The notes beneath the pieces were generated by a model. That model worked only from the letters and a program-made list of their open reading frames with translations, was not told where the DNA came from and did not search any database. Position numbers and translations under genes: made by a program. This document shows, piece after piece, positions 9,109 through 18,523 of a DNA stretch of 40,000 nucleotides. Every line of letters begins with the position of its first letter. Position 1 is the stretch's first letter. This stretch comes from Gallaecimonas mangrovi (GTDB lineage: Bacteria; Pseudomonadota; Gammaproteobacteria; Enterobacterales; Gallaecimonadaceae): assembly GCF_003367375.1 (NCBI RefSeq), contig NZ_CP031416.1:3900674-3940673 (forward strand), in the 5' to 3' direction.

Positions 9109-9588
9109 TTAGTTGCGCTCAGGTGGCGGCGGCATTTTCATTTCGTCTTTACTCAGCACGCCATCGCCATTGGTGTCGAGCTTATCGAACATCTTCGACA
9201 GCATCGGGTCGCTGGCCGCTTCGTCTTTGGAGATAACACCGTCACCGTTGCTATCAAGGCTTTCAAAGCTGGGCGGGCCGCCTCGGCCACCCTTCATGCC
9301 CCCACCCATGCCGCCGCCAGGGCCATGCTGCATGGCGGCATTAAATTCCGACTCACTGATCTCGCCGTCGCCATTGCTGTCGATACGGCTAAACATCTGT
9401 GACAGCATAGGGTCTTTACTGGCTTCATCTTTAGAGATAACGCCGTCGCTATTGGTATCGAGGCTGTCAAAAGACGGCGGGCCGCCCATGGGGCCACCCC
9501 GGTTGTTGTCGTCAGCCTGAGCCCAGGTGCTCGCACCCAGCAGAACAGCTAAGGCAAGCAGCGTTTTTTTGTACATAAGGGTATCCAT
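9109..9588 (-). CDS. Periplasmic EF-hand calcium-binding protein (four EF loops)
   Basis: It has a signal peptide (LLGASTWAQA). Four canonical loops are present: DTNSDGVISKDE, DSNGDGEISESE, DSNGDGVISKDE and DTNGDGVLSKDE. They are arranged as an internal duplication. Confidence 0.8.
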   Translation of the reverse strand: MDTLMYKKTLLALAVLLGASTWAQADDNNRGGPMGGPPSFDSLDTNSDGVISKDEASKDPMLSQMFSRIDSNGDGEISESEFNAAMQHGPGGGMGGGMKGGRGGPPSFESLDSNGDGVISKDEAASDPMLSKMFDKLDTNGDGVLSKDEMKMPPPPERN

Positions 9589-9678
9589 CCTTTAGCAATA
9601 AGCGCTTAGCTAGGAACCTTTGAAGGTAGACTCGGTTCAGCAGGGCTTTGGTAAAGATTTGCAAAGGAAATTCAATAA

Positions 9679-9927
9679 ATGAGCAACAAAAAGCCATCGT
9701 CAGCGCTGGAGCTGCCACTACAGCAGCGCCAAGAGCTAGGTCTGGCCTTACAACGTTTTTTGGATAAGGAACTGGAGATCGAACTGGAGCAATTCGATAC
9801 CGAAGCACTGCTGGACTTTATTAGCCAACACATTGGCCCGCACTTTTACAACAAGGCGCTGATGGATGCGCAAACGCTATTAACCTTACGCCTGGAAGAC
9901 AGCTTTATGGAACTCGAACAGGCTTAA
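9679..9927 (+). CDS. DUF2164 family protein
   Basis: 82 aa. The pattern LLDFISQHIGPHFYNKALMDAQ matches my recollection of DUF2164. Confidence 0.5.
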   Translation: MSNKKPSSALELPLQQRQELGLALQRFLDKELEIELEQFDTEALLDFISQHIGPHFYNKALMDAQTLLTLRLEDSFMELEQA

Positions 9928-10984
9928 TGTCGGCCAATTGGCAAAGCACCGTTAAAAAGGCCCGGCAGGCACTAATGGCCGCGGTTTCTTCCATGGTGTG
10001 ATAGCCGGTGGTGGGAATTTGTAAGGTGGTCCCGGTTACCATGCCATTAGAGGCCGCCACTATCCGCCCCATTTCGGTACTGCCAAGGGATTGTGCTTCC
10101 TGGCCACTGGCCGCCAGCGCCTGGTTTTGCTGCTCGATAAACTGGTCTTTAAAGCTGCTGGTAATGCCGTTTTCCTGGCAAATGGCAGCCAGCCGTTCGG
10201 TCATGGTCTTGTCAAAGCAGGCGTTGGCGTCTTTGTTACGCAGCACCAATTGCTGCAGCTCGGCGGCCTGGCGGTCAGGGTAGGGGCTGGTATCCACCAC
10301 CACCAAGCGGTTAGTGGTATTGCCAAAGCGGCGAAACCATTCCAGCAAATAACGCCAGCTTTTACCGGCTTCTTCCTGGGCGGTAAAAAAGGCCGTGCCT
10401 TCAAACCCCAAGCTAAAAAGGTGTACCAAAAACGCCGCCGTTAGCACGTTATCGAGCTGGCCACTGAGGGTATCGCTGGCCACCGTTAAGCGGTCGGCAA
10501 AGGCGACCGGGGTACCGGCCACCAGATGCTCCAAGCCTTCAAGGGTAAAAATCAGGTTGTTGCGGCGCTCACAAACATGGGCAGAACCAATATGGCCCTG
10601 GCCACGGTAAGCCCCGGACCACGGCTCGTAAGCCATAACCGGCGTTGCATCAAAGCGGTCAACGATTTTGGCCATCAGCTGCTCTGATACCGAATTACCC
10701 AACAGATCCGAGCGATTACCGGCCACAAAGGCCGCGTATTGAAATTCATTGGGGCCGGTGCAAATCAGGCCATGGCGGTCAATGTGCGCCGAGAACATCA
10801 TCGACTGCGGTTTTGCCCCCTGCGCCACCAGCAGCCCTTCATACCAGGTGACCTTGGCGCCACGCTCTTCTAATTCCCGCTGCAAGACCCTGAAAAACCC
10901 GTGCTCGGCCCCCACCACACTCGGCTGGCGAATAAGCACTTTAAGTAAATCAACAACATCGTTCAGTTCAGCAGGTAAGGGCAC
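9905..10984 (-). CDS. M42-type metallo-aminopeptidase family protein
   Basis: SAHIDRHGLI (compare AHMDEIG), TAQEEAG (compare QEEVG) and C-terminal TGYHTMEE are in M42-like order. It is 359 aa. Confidence 0.55.
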   Translation of the reverse strand: MPLPAELNDVVDLLKVLIRQPSVVGAEHGFFRVLQRELEERGAKVTWYEGLLVAQGAKPQSMMFSAHIDRHGLICTGPNEFQYAAFVAGNRSDLLGNSVSEQLMAKIVDRFDATPVMAYEPWSGAYRGQGHIGSAHVCERRNNLIFTLEGLEHLVAGTPVAFADRLTVASDTLSGQLDNVLTAAFLVHLFSLGFEGTAFFTAQEEAGKSWRYLLEWFRRFGNTTNRLVVVDTSPYPDRQAAELQQLVLRNKDANACFDKTMTERLAAICQENGITSSFKDQFIEQQNQALAASGQEAQSLGSTEMGRIVAASNGMVTGTTLQIPTTGYHTMEETAAISACRAFLTVLCQLADIKPVRVP

Positions 10985-11054
10985 GGCAAGGTCCTCAGCA
11001 AGAAGGTGTTTCTAGCATAGAAAGTGGCTGCTTTTTTACCAACAGTTATCAAGC

Positions 11055-12254
11055 TTAGGAAAGCACTTTTTGCGGGTCTTTACCGGCGTTAACCACGGGC
11101 CTGGTTTTCAGCCCAAACAGCAGCCTTAGCCAGCCAAACCGGCGCACCACTTCATAGCCGCCAGCGCAGCCGATAACGGTGAGCAGCAGCATCAAAATGG
11201 CCTCCAAAGCGGCAGGCAAATGCAGGGGCCTAAGTGCCACTGCCGCCAGAATGATCAGGGTTTGGTGCAGCATGTACCAGGGCAATACCGCCTTATTGGC
11301 ATAGCGTAGCCATGGCGCGTCCCGGTTTAAGTGGCGCCCGGCAAAACCGATTGCGGAGAGCAACCAACACCAGGGATTAAGGCTAAAAGCCAACGTATAA
11401 AGGCCAATTGCCCAGCTTTGCTGCTGCTGAAAAGCCGCAATTAAACCGGGTAGCCAATGCTGGTGGTCGATAATGGTAAAGGCATAGCAAAGCACCGCCA
11501 CCACCAGCAGCGGCCAACGTTTATCAATGATCCGCTGCCAAAGCGCTGGCAGACCCGCCAGCAAAAATCCCGCCACCATCGCCAATAAATAACGGCCATG
11601 GTTATACCAGTCGGCTACCAACGCATGATTGCTGGGGTAGCGGCCATGAAAGGCAAGGTAATTGGCCACTAACAGCAGCGCCAGGCCCAGCACCGCCAGC
11701 CAAAGCGGTAGCCGCTGCAGCCAGCGGCGCGCCAGCAACCAGGCCAGTGGCTTTTTGAGCGCCAGCAGAATAAGCGTGTAGCAAAACAGATACGGTAAAT
11801 ACCAAAGGTGGTTCCAGGTCAGTAAACCAATGGCGGTTTGGTATTGGGGAAAAAGAGCGGTTGCCGGGTTCAGATATTGCGGCCAAAACTGCCAAAAGCT
11901 CTGGCTGTAACCTTCAGCGAACACCAGTTGCCAATAAAGCTGCGGCGCACAAATTACCGCCATGCCAAAGGCCAGTGGTATCAGTAACCGCTTGGCACGC
12001 AGTGCAATCAGGGCGCGGGCGCTATAGCGTTTGGCCACCAGCGCCAAGGCAATGCCACTAACAAAAAACAGCAGCGACATCCGCCAGGGGTTGGTTAGCA
12101 GCATGGCATCTTGTAGCAGCGTTGACTGTTCGGCACTTTTTATGTGCCAATGCCAGTCGGCAACGTAATACATGCCGATGTGATAAAGGATAAGCACTCC
12201 AAAGGCCAGTACCCGCAGGGCATCAATATCAAAGCGTCGTGATGTTTGGTTCAT
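11055..12254 (-). CDS. Acyltransferase 3 family integral membrane protein
   Basis: About 10 hydrophobic segments, with the N-terminal DALRVLAFGVLILYHIGMYY signature. I chose the start at the MNQTS methionine (12254) rather than the longest ORF. Confidence 0.7.
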   Translation of the reverse strand: MNQTSRRFDIDALRVLAFGVLILYHIGMYYVADWHWHIKSAEQSTLLQDAMLLTNPWRMSLLFFVSGIALALVAKRYSARALIALRAKRLLIPLAFGMAVICAPQLYWQLVFAEGYSQSFWQFWPQYLNPATALFPQYQTAIGLLTWNHLWYLPYLFCYTLILLALKKPLAWLLARRWLQRLPLWLAVLGLALLLVANYLAFHGRYPSNHALVADWYNHGRYLLAMVAGFLLAGLPALWQRIIDKRWPLLVVAVLCYAFTIIDHQHWLPGLIAAFQQQQSWAIGLYTLAFSLNPWCWLLSAIGFAGRHLNRDAPWLRYANKAVLPWYMLHQTLIILAAVALRPLHLPAALEAILMLLLTVIGCAGGYEVVRRFGWLRLLFGLKTRPVVNAGKDPQKVLS

Positions 12255-12359
12255 GATGGCATCTACCGTTATGTTGGAGTCATCAGTGTTCAAACACCGC
12301 AAGCGCAACACCAGCGCCAAGGGTTTACTGGCCAAGGCTTAGGGATAAGAGGTGACAGG

Positions 12360-13217
12360 GTGGGACAAGCTGTTTTTGCTATCTTTGACCGGCATAAAAA
12401 GCGCAATCTGGGGTTATTGATAACCCTGTACCTGCTGATAGGGGATTCCATCAATGCCACCACGGTATGGATGGATGCCAGCCGCAATGGCCAACCGAAA
12501 ATGGCCTTTTGGGAACCCTTTTGCTGGGAATACACCAGCATGGCGGCGGTGCTGCTTATGCTACCGCTGGTGTTTTTTATGGCCCGCCACCTGCCGCCAA
12601 CCTTCAGCGGCTGGGGGCGGTTTTTATTGCTGCACTTACTGGGTTCGGTGCTGTTTTGCCTGGGCCATGTGCTGCTGATGGTGGCCTTTCGCCACGGCTT
12701 CTACCGTTTGGCCGGTGGCCATTACGATTTTGGTCACTGGCCACGTGAGCTGTTTTATGAGTATCGCAAGGATGCCTGGGGCTACATCTGCTGGTACCTG
12801 GCCTATCAGGTTTTCGAGGCCATTTACCGGCGCTTAAAAGGCGAAGCGGCACTGATCGCCGACGCCGACAGTGATAGCAGCCCCGCACCGGCACCAAGCC
12901 ATCTGTTGGTGAAAAAGCTCGACCGCGAGTATTTAGTCAAAGTGGCTGATATTGAATGGATGCAAGCCTCGGCAAATTACGTCAACCTCCATAGCAAAGG
13001 CCGGGTTTACCCACTGCGCTCCACCCTAACTAACCTCCTTGAAAAACTCGCCCCCGAAGGCTTTATTCGCGTGCACCGCAGCCATGCCGTAAACCCCAGC
13101 GCCATCGACAATATGCGCTACTACGACAGTGGTGACGGCGAGATAACCTTAAAAAGTGGTACCACCGTTGCCCTTTCTCGCCGCTATAAGGAAGCATTTA
13201 AGGCCAAATTTCAGTAA
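12360..13217 (+). CDS. Membrane-anchored LytTR DNA-binding domain protein
   Basis: An N-terminal hydrophobic region is followed by a C-terminal LytTR domain (LVKVADIEWMQASANYVNLHSKGRVYPLRSTL...FIRVHRSHAVN). The start is uncertain: GTG 12360 or ATG 12471. The 12246 start would overlap the divergent gene. Confidence 0.7.
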   Translation: MGQAVFAIFDRHKKRNLGLLITLYLLIGDSINATTVWMDASRNGQPKMAFWEPFCWEYTSMAAVLLMLPLVFFMARHLPPTFSGWGRFLLLHLLGSVLFCLGHVLLMVAFRHGFYRLAGGHYDFGHWPRELFYEYRKDAWGYICWYLAYQVFEAIYRRLKGEAALIADADSDSSPAPAPSHLLVKKLDREYLVKVADIEWMQASANYVNLHSKGRVYPLRSTLTNLLEKLAPEGFIRVHRSHAVNPSAIDNMRYYDSGDGEITLKSGTTVALSRRYKEAFKAKFQ

Positions 13218-13392
13218 CATAGCAAAAAAGTAACAGCCTAGACGAACGCAAAAGGCATAGAAAAGTGTATGCCTACCAGCAAATCGCGGTTTAGTTCGTT
13301 CACTTTTTGGCCGTTGTTTGATAAATCAATCACATGTGTCTGTAGCAATAGCTGCAATACCCTTAGCAGCAATCAGTAGAGAACCATTACCA

Positions 13393-14136
13393 ATGCGTGC
13401 AGCGTCGTTAGCGAACAATCACAGTCGGTTTACTGCGCCAAGACAGGAAGTCGCCACCATTTCCAACCTCAACAGCACCGATGCCCTAGCGATGATAGAG
13501 CACGGTAGCGAGCTGGTTTTAAACGTCACCACCCCGGTTGGCGCCCGCTTTAGCTGTAAAACCGCCTTTATCGGTACCCATTCCACCCACTATTTACTGG
13601 TGGAAGCGCCCAAGGTCAGGCCAGACTATTTTGAGCACTATTTTCAGGAAGGGTTTTGGGTCAACATCCGCGCCATATCTCCCCGCGGTGAAGGGGCAGA
13701 GCTTTACTTTCGTAGCCAACTGCTGCACCTATTAACTGACCCGCTGCCGGTTATGGCGCTGTCTATTCCCCACATGATGAAGGTGGCGCAGCTTCGCCGC
13801 GAGGCGCGCTATGACGTGAAGCTGGCCGGGAAAATTGTTACCGATACCCACAAAAACGAGTGCGAGCTGCGCGACTTGTCGAAAAGCGGCTGCCGTTTTG
13901 TTACCCATCCCCTTGGCAAGGGCTACCAACTGGATGAACCCCTTAGCATTAATTTGTACCGCGACGACAACCAAAACCAGCAGTTTCCGGCCCTAACCGG
14001 CACCGTTTGTAATCTGCAGCGCTCTTTGCATTACTCCATTTATGGCCTCAAGTTCGACCCGCTCGGCTCTGCCAACGCGGCCAGCATTCTTGAACAGCTC
14101 ACCTTTGACGGCAGCAAACTGGCATTGCCGGAGTAA
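13393..14136 (+). CDS. PilZ domain protein, YcgR-like (c-di-GMP receptor)
   Basis: The PilZ signature is RREAR ... DLSKSGCRF (RxxxR and DxSxxG), preceded by a YcgR-N-like domain. The start is taken at the ATG at 13393. Confidence 0.7.
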   Translation: MRAASLANNHSRFTAPRQEVATISNLNSTDALAMIEHGSELVLNVTTPVGARFSCKTAFIGTHSTHYLLVEAPKVRPDYFEHYFQEGFWVNIRAISPRGEGAELYFRSQLLHLLTDPLPVMALSIPHMMKVAQLRREARYDVKLAGKIVTDTHKNECELRDLSKSGCRFVTHPLGKGYQLDEPLSINLYRDDNQNQQFPALTGTVCNLQRSLHYSIYGLKFDPLGSANAASILEQLTFDGSKLALPE

Positions 14137-14224
14137 TGCCATCGCAATTGGCCCTGCCAGCATTTGCTTGAAACTGCTAAGCTGCCGCTTTCAATGGAAT
14201 GAGTAGCCGCAGACAAGGACAGTA

Positions 14225-15352
14225 ATGAGTAAGTTATTACGCGACAAATACGAAGATGTCGACCTCACCCCTGGGCAAGGTAAAGGCAGCGCGGCACTGT
14301 CGCTGTTTTTCTCCAGCCTATCCCTGTTGGCCGCCTTGTGTTTTTGGGTGCCAGCACTGTTTACCACCCCTGAATTTCGCGGTTTTTATAACCCGGCGCT
14401 TTTAAAGCCGCTGTTGCAACTGGCCATCGCTATTGGTTTTGGCTTTGGGCTGTATGCCATGCTGCGCCATCCGTCACCGGGTTATGGCCTGACCGGCATG
14501 CTACTGGCCATACTGGCGGCGCTTATTGGCTCTGGCCACATCGAAGCGCCCAACATTGCCAGCCGTAACCTCTATGTGGGCCTGGACTATTTTGTGCTGA
14601 CCCTGGTGATCCTGGCCCTGGTGTTTATTCCCCTAGAGCGCGCCTTTGCCAAAGATCCAACCCAAAACATTCTGCGCAAGGGTTGGATAACCGACCTTAA
14701 ATATTTCATGTTCAGCCACATGGGCGTGCAGCTCATCAGCTTTTTTACGGTGATCCCCATTCAGGTATTTTTGCACCAGGTAACCACCTGGTCGTTTCAG
14801 CTGTGGGTAGCCGCGCAACCGATTTGGCTGCAATTTATTGAGCTGTTACTGGTGGTGGATTTTGGTACCTACTGGATACACAGAGCCATGCATGAAATTC
14901 CGGCGCTGTGGAAAATTCACGCCATTCACCATTCCACCGAACAAATGAACTGGCTGGCCTCAAGCCGGCTGCATCTGTTTGAAATTTTGGTAAACCGCTT
15001 TGCCGGTTATCTGCCCATTTTTGTGCTGGGCTTTGCCCCTTCGGCGGTTTATGCCTACTTGGTGTTTATTTCTTTTCACGCCATCTTCATTCACGCCAAC
15101 CTGCGCTTTCGTTTTCCGCTGCTGCGCTGGGTACTGGCCACCCCCGAATACCACCACTGGCACCACTCGTCAGAAGACGAAGCCATTGATAAAAACTACG
15201 CCGGCTTTTTGCCGCTCTATGACGTGCTCTTTGGCACACTTTTTATGCCAAAGCACCTGGCAAGCCGCTACGGCACTGTGTCAGATCCGGTGCCAGACGG
15301 CATTGTTGGCCAGTTCCTCTATCCCTTTAAAAGCTGGCTAAAGCGCCAATAA
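14225..15352 (+). CDS. Fatty acid hydroxylase / sterol desaturase family membrane protein
   Basis: Histidine boxes HRAMHE, HAIHHS and HHWHH lie after several TM segments. Confidence 0.75.
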   Translation: MSKLLRDKYEDVDLTPGQGKGSAALSLFFSSLSLLAALCFWVPALFTTPEFRGFYNPALLKPLLQLAIAIGFGFGLYAMLRHPSPGYGLTGMLLAILAALIGSGHIEAPNIASRNLYVGLDYFVLTLVILALVFIPLERAFAKDPTQNILRKGWITDLKYFMFSHMGVQLISFFTVIPIQVFLHQVTTWSFQLWVAAQPIWLQFIELLLVVDFGTYWIHRAMHEIPALWKIHAIHHSTEQMNWLASSRLHLFEILVNRFAGYLPIFVLGFAPSAVYAYLVFISFHAIFIHANLRFRFPLLRWVLATPEYHHWHHSSEDEAIDKNYAGFLPLYDVLFGTLFMPKHLASRYGTVSDPVPDGIVGQFLYPFKSWLKRQ

Positions 15353-15360
15353 CCGCCACA

Positions 15361-15390
15361 AAAAAGGCCTCCCACCGGAGGCCTTTTTTA
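15361..15390. terminator. Bidirectional hairpin terminator
   Basis: AAAAAAGGCCTCCCACCGGAGGCCTTTTTT lies between convergent genes. Confidence 0.8.
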
Positions 15391-15400
15391 TCAGCACTGC

Positions 15401-15961
15401 TTACAAGCTAAAGCAGTAGTTCAAGCGGTAGTCTTCACCATTTTTGGCGGTGTAGTCTTTGTCTTCGACGCAGGCTTCGGGCTTGTCGCCTTTCACCAGG
15501 CTTATCCAGTGGCGCATACCAGCGGTAGGGGTGTCTTGGTCAGCCATTTGCGTAAAAGTGGTGCAGGTTTCCAGCTGCACGTCGTCAATAAAGGCCAGCG
15601 CTACATTGCCCGAACCCTGGTGGCAACCGAATGCCACGTCTACATGGCCGCCGCTACCGTCGCGAAACAAAATAGAGCAGGGCGACTCTTTTTCCCCTTC
15701 ATAAGCCACGAACTGGCAAGGGTGCTTGAGGCCACTGTGGCTGCCATCTTTGAAGTAGGCCAGCAGGTGGTGATAGTCGATAACATAGCTGGTCACGTCT
15801 TGATGGGAACCGGCTTCAAGGGGGAACAAGTTATCTAAAAGCTGTTTGGCTTTGACCTGCTTTTCGCATTGCAGGCTGGCTTCCACCGCAAAAATGGCTT
15901 CGGCAATAAAGGGCTTTTGTTGTTCCTGGATCTCGGTTCTATCAAAAGTCAGCATGTTCAT
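15401..15961 (-). CDS. Hypothetical Cys/His-rich protein, divergent from the XRE/DUF2083 regulator
   Basis: The start at MNMLTF (15961) has a GAGGT SD. I recognise no family. Scattered Cys/His include HPCQF, FGCHQGSG, ETC, EAC and NYC. Confidence 0.5.
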   Translation of the reverse strand: MNMLTFDRTEIQEQQKPFIAEAIFAVEASLQCEKQVKAKQLLDNLFPLEAGSHQDVTSYVIDYHHLLAYFKDGSHSGLKHPCQFVAYEGEKESPCSILFRDGSGGHVDVAFGCHQGSGNVALAFIDDVQLETCTTFTQMADQDTPTAGMRHWISLVKGDKPEACVEDKDYTAKNGEDYRLNYCFSL

Positions 15962-16116
15962 GTTATCTACCTCGTTGGTGATTCGGTCTCTTGCCAGTGC
16001 ATGGTGTTTAACCTTAAGTGTGCTGCTGGTTAAGTGTTCACGGTGTTCGATAAGTAGACTAGCCAAAAGTTGACTATAATTTCACAACAAAAATTTTACA
16101 GTGTGAATTTTACAAA

Positions 16117-17640
16117 ATGGCAGTGTCAAAAAGCTTGGTCAGACAATCCCATTTTCTTGGCACCAAAGTCAGGAATTTGCGAAAACGTAACCACCTCACC
16201 ATGGAGGACTTGTCGTCCCGTTGCGTGCGCATCAACCCCGAAAACGCCCCGTCGGTGTCGTACCTGTCGATGATAGAAAGGGGCAAGCGGGTGCCCAGCG
16301 TCGAGATGCTGGAAGTGATTGCCGAGGTCTTTCAAAAAGACGTTAAATGGTTTTTGGACGACGAGCCGGAACAAGCGGAAATTACCCCCGACAAGGGTAA
16401 CCGCGGCGGCATTAGCGGCATGGCGCTGGAACCAGGCTTTTTGTTTTCAAACGAAATACTGCAAATTGCCATTCCAGAAATGCTGTCGCAAACCGGCATC
16501 ACCGGCCGCCAGTTTGCGCACCTATTGATACGTGCCCACCAGGAAAACCTGCAAAACCATTTTCCCAACCTGGAAAGGGCCGCCGAAGAAATCGGCCTAA
16601 AGCGCCTTAACCTGGCGGTGGAAGATTTGGTGGCTATCGCCAGCGACCTTGGCCTTAACATCAAGTGGGTAAAACGCACCCCAAAAGAGGTGGTAGACGA
16701 GCTTGGTATTAGCGCCAAACAGCTAGTGACCTCCTTTTTTGAACCGCCCGGCACCCTTTATTTAAACGAGATGCTGCGCCAATTTCCCACACGCCTGAAA
16801 TACGACCTTGCCGTCTACATTGGCCACAAGGTCTTGCATGGCACCGACGGCGTAAAAGGGGTGCTGACCATCGGCCACACCCAGCCCTGGGAAGAAGACA
16901 ACGCCGCCCCCACCGATGCCCTAAACGCCCAAGACATTTTGCAGGCCTGGCGCGATTTTGAATCGAGCTTTTTTGCCGGCGCGCTGCTCTGCCCCAAGGT
17001 GCCCTTTCGCCAACTGTTAGACAGCAACGGTTATGAAATTGCCGTACACAAAAAGGCCGGAGTGTCGCCGTCGGTGGCCATGCGGCGGATGACGGTGGTG
17101 TCGCCCTACCCGCACTGGCACTACTTCGACGCCTACGGCGAAGGCAAGCTCAAGGCGGTATATCGCGGTAACGGCATTCCGCTACCCTGGGGCAATATGC
17201 GCAAGGTCAAAGACCCTTGCCAGCACTGGGCGGTGTTTCGCCGCCTCTCGCAAGCACAGGCAGGCAACCCCAGCTCAGCGCAAATCTCCATTCTCAATGT
17301 CGGCGACAAGCCGCGTATTTATTGCTGCGAGTCGGTCAATATTCTCGACGCCGCCGGTAACGACCGGGTGCTTTGCGCCGGTATCGACCTTATTCCCGCC
17401 ATTACCGCCCAAGGCGTAGACGCCGACGCCATTGCCAGCGAACTCAAAGCCAGCTGCGTAAAAAGCGGCGGCGCCGCTGCCATCCCTAATGCCATTAAAA
17501 AGGAGCTGCGCACCATCGCCAAAATTCTCAATATCAACTGGATAGAGCGCGGCATCGAAAGCGACGCCCGGCTGATTTGCTCGCGGGGGGCGGTATGCCC
17601 CAGAAAGCCGAGTTGTTATGGGGGTTGCAGTGGCGAGTGA
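16117..17640 (+). CDS. XRE-family HTH regulator with ImmA/IrrE-like and DUF2083 regions (ScfR/RamB/PrpR-like)
   Basis: The N-terminal HTH is LGTKVRNLRKRNHLTMEDLS...VSYLSMIERGKRVPSVEMLEVIAEVF. The 507 aa length and Cys-rich C-terminal end fit the short-chain fatty acyl-CoA regulator family. Confidence 0.6.
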   Translation: MAVSKSLVRQSHFLGTKVRNLRKRNHLTMEDLSSRCVRINPENAPSVSYLSMIERGKRVPSVEMLEVIAEVFQKDVKWFLDDEPEQAEITPDKGNRGGISGMALEPGFLFSNEILQIAIPEMLSQTGITGRQFAHLLIRAHQENLQNHFPNLERAAEEIGLKRLNLAVEDLVAIASDLGLNIKWVKRTPKEVVDELGISAKQLVTSFFEPPGTLYLNEMLRQFPTRLKYDLAVYIGHKVLHGTDGVKGVLTIGHTQPWEEDNAAPTDALNAQDILQAWRDFESSFFAGALLCPKVPFRQLLDSNGYEIAVHKKAGVSPSVAMRRMTVVSPYPHWHYFDAYGEGKLKAVYRGNGIPLPWGNMRKVKDPCQHWAVFRRLSQAQAGNPSSAQISILNVGDKPRIYCCESVNILDAAGNDRVLCAGIDLIPAITAQGVDADAIASELKASCVKSGGAAAIPNAIKKELRTIAKILNINWIERGIESDARLICSRGAVCPRKPSCYGGCSGE

Positions 17641-17939
17641 GCTTTTACTCCCTGGCGGGATACCAGCACCTATTCCTATAACAGCCAAGTTAGGCATATC
17701 CACTTCTTTCACATTTTTAATGCTTAGCCGTTTACCCAGTGTTTTGATGTGGTTATGGTTGTTTAGGTTGGGTTTAACAAATGGATTTGGTGATAGGGAA
17801 GGCTGTCAGCTCAGGATGAGAAAGGGAGATTGGGAACCGCACCCAAGGGCGGTAGCGTCGATTGAGCCTTTTACTACCTAATCAATAACAAACTGATAAT
17901 TAATAGTTTTTCACTCTTACCCTGGTTTCACTGACGGCT

Positions 17940-18146
17940 CCTCTATACGCCGGGTCTCGCCCCGGCAGGCGAGGTACTTTGTTTTCGCACAAAGTACCCA
18001 AAGGCACCGCCCAGACGCTACGCGATGTCCTTACCTCTAGTCGCTTGCCGCTGACCGCTGCGTACGGTTCCCGACGCGTCCTCCGCTCGCTCGACATCCC
18101 TGTCTCGCGTCAGCTCACGCTCCCGACGGTAAGGCGCTCCACTTAA
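17940..18146 (-). repeat. E-family structured element, copy E1 (inverted relative to the other copies)
   Basis: The reverse complement aligns with E2/E3. It has the TTTAAGTGGAGCGCC start, the CCTTACC/GGTAAGG long-range stem, GACA-GGGA-TGTC, GAGCGGAGGA, the GGTACTTTGT/ACAAAGTACC hairpin, and a CCCGGC end. Confidence 0.7.
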
Positions 18147-18523
18147 ATGGGCTCCAAAAGCGGCGTTAGTAACACGTATGGGTGATAGAACTGTCTCAGC
18201 TGCCCCTACACTCCCATCAGCAAAGCGCTGCACTTAACGGGCAATAAGAGCGGTGACAGCAATGCCTTTGGTTGAAAAGACTGACCAAAGCTATTCCATC
18301 AAACCGCGAAGGGAAACAGATGATGTATCGCTTGTGCTATCAAATGACAACAAGCACTTATCTCGCTTTAAAACGATACCGCCCGATTTTATCACGCCAC
18401 AAACTGTGTTTTTGGCAAAAGTAATCATGAATATCATTTAGTTATTTCAATACCAACCAACTGGTCAAGTGAGCAAATGCGAGCACGATCGCTAATAAAA
18501 CTGTTATGCGCTATGGAGAATTC

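Noticed and set aside
9100-9520. Plus-strand ORFs of 100-135 aa opposite the EF-hand gene.
   Set aside because: They are artefacts of the internally repeated, GC-rich EF-hand coding sequence. The minus-strand frame has a signal peptide and four canonical calcium-binding loops.
12246-12359. Longest-ORF start of the LytTR gene at 12246, and of the acyltransferase gene at 12335.
   Set aside because: The two extensions would overlap each other across the divergent promoter region and encode non-hydrophobic, atypical N-termini. Internal starts (12360 or 12471, and 12254) fit the family N-termini better.
17689-17695. GTTAGGC near the array boundary as an attI site.
   Set aside because: No adjacent integrase gene or integrase-binding direct repeats are visible, and a single 7-mer can occur by chance. 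I mention it only as a possible relic.
17275-17712. 145-aa minus-strand ORF overlapping the end of the XRE/DUF2083 regulator gene.
   Set aside because: It is an antisense shadow of a GC-rich gene with low-complexity Gly/Ala content and no start-site signals.
18253-18441. 62-aa plus-strand ORF, and the 60-aa minus-strand ORF at 18552-18734.
   Set aside because: Neither has an RBS or a recognisable motif. The minus-strand ORF is antisense to the better-supported frameshifted cassette ORF that ends inside the attC box.
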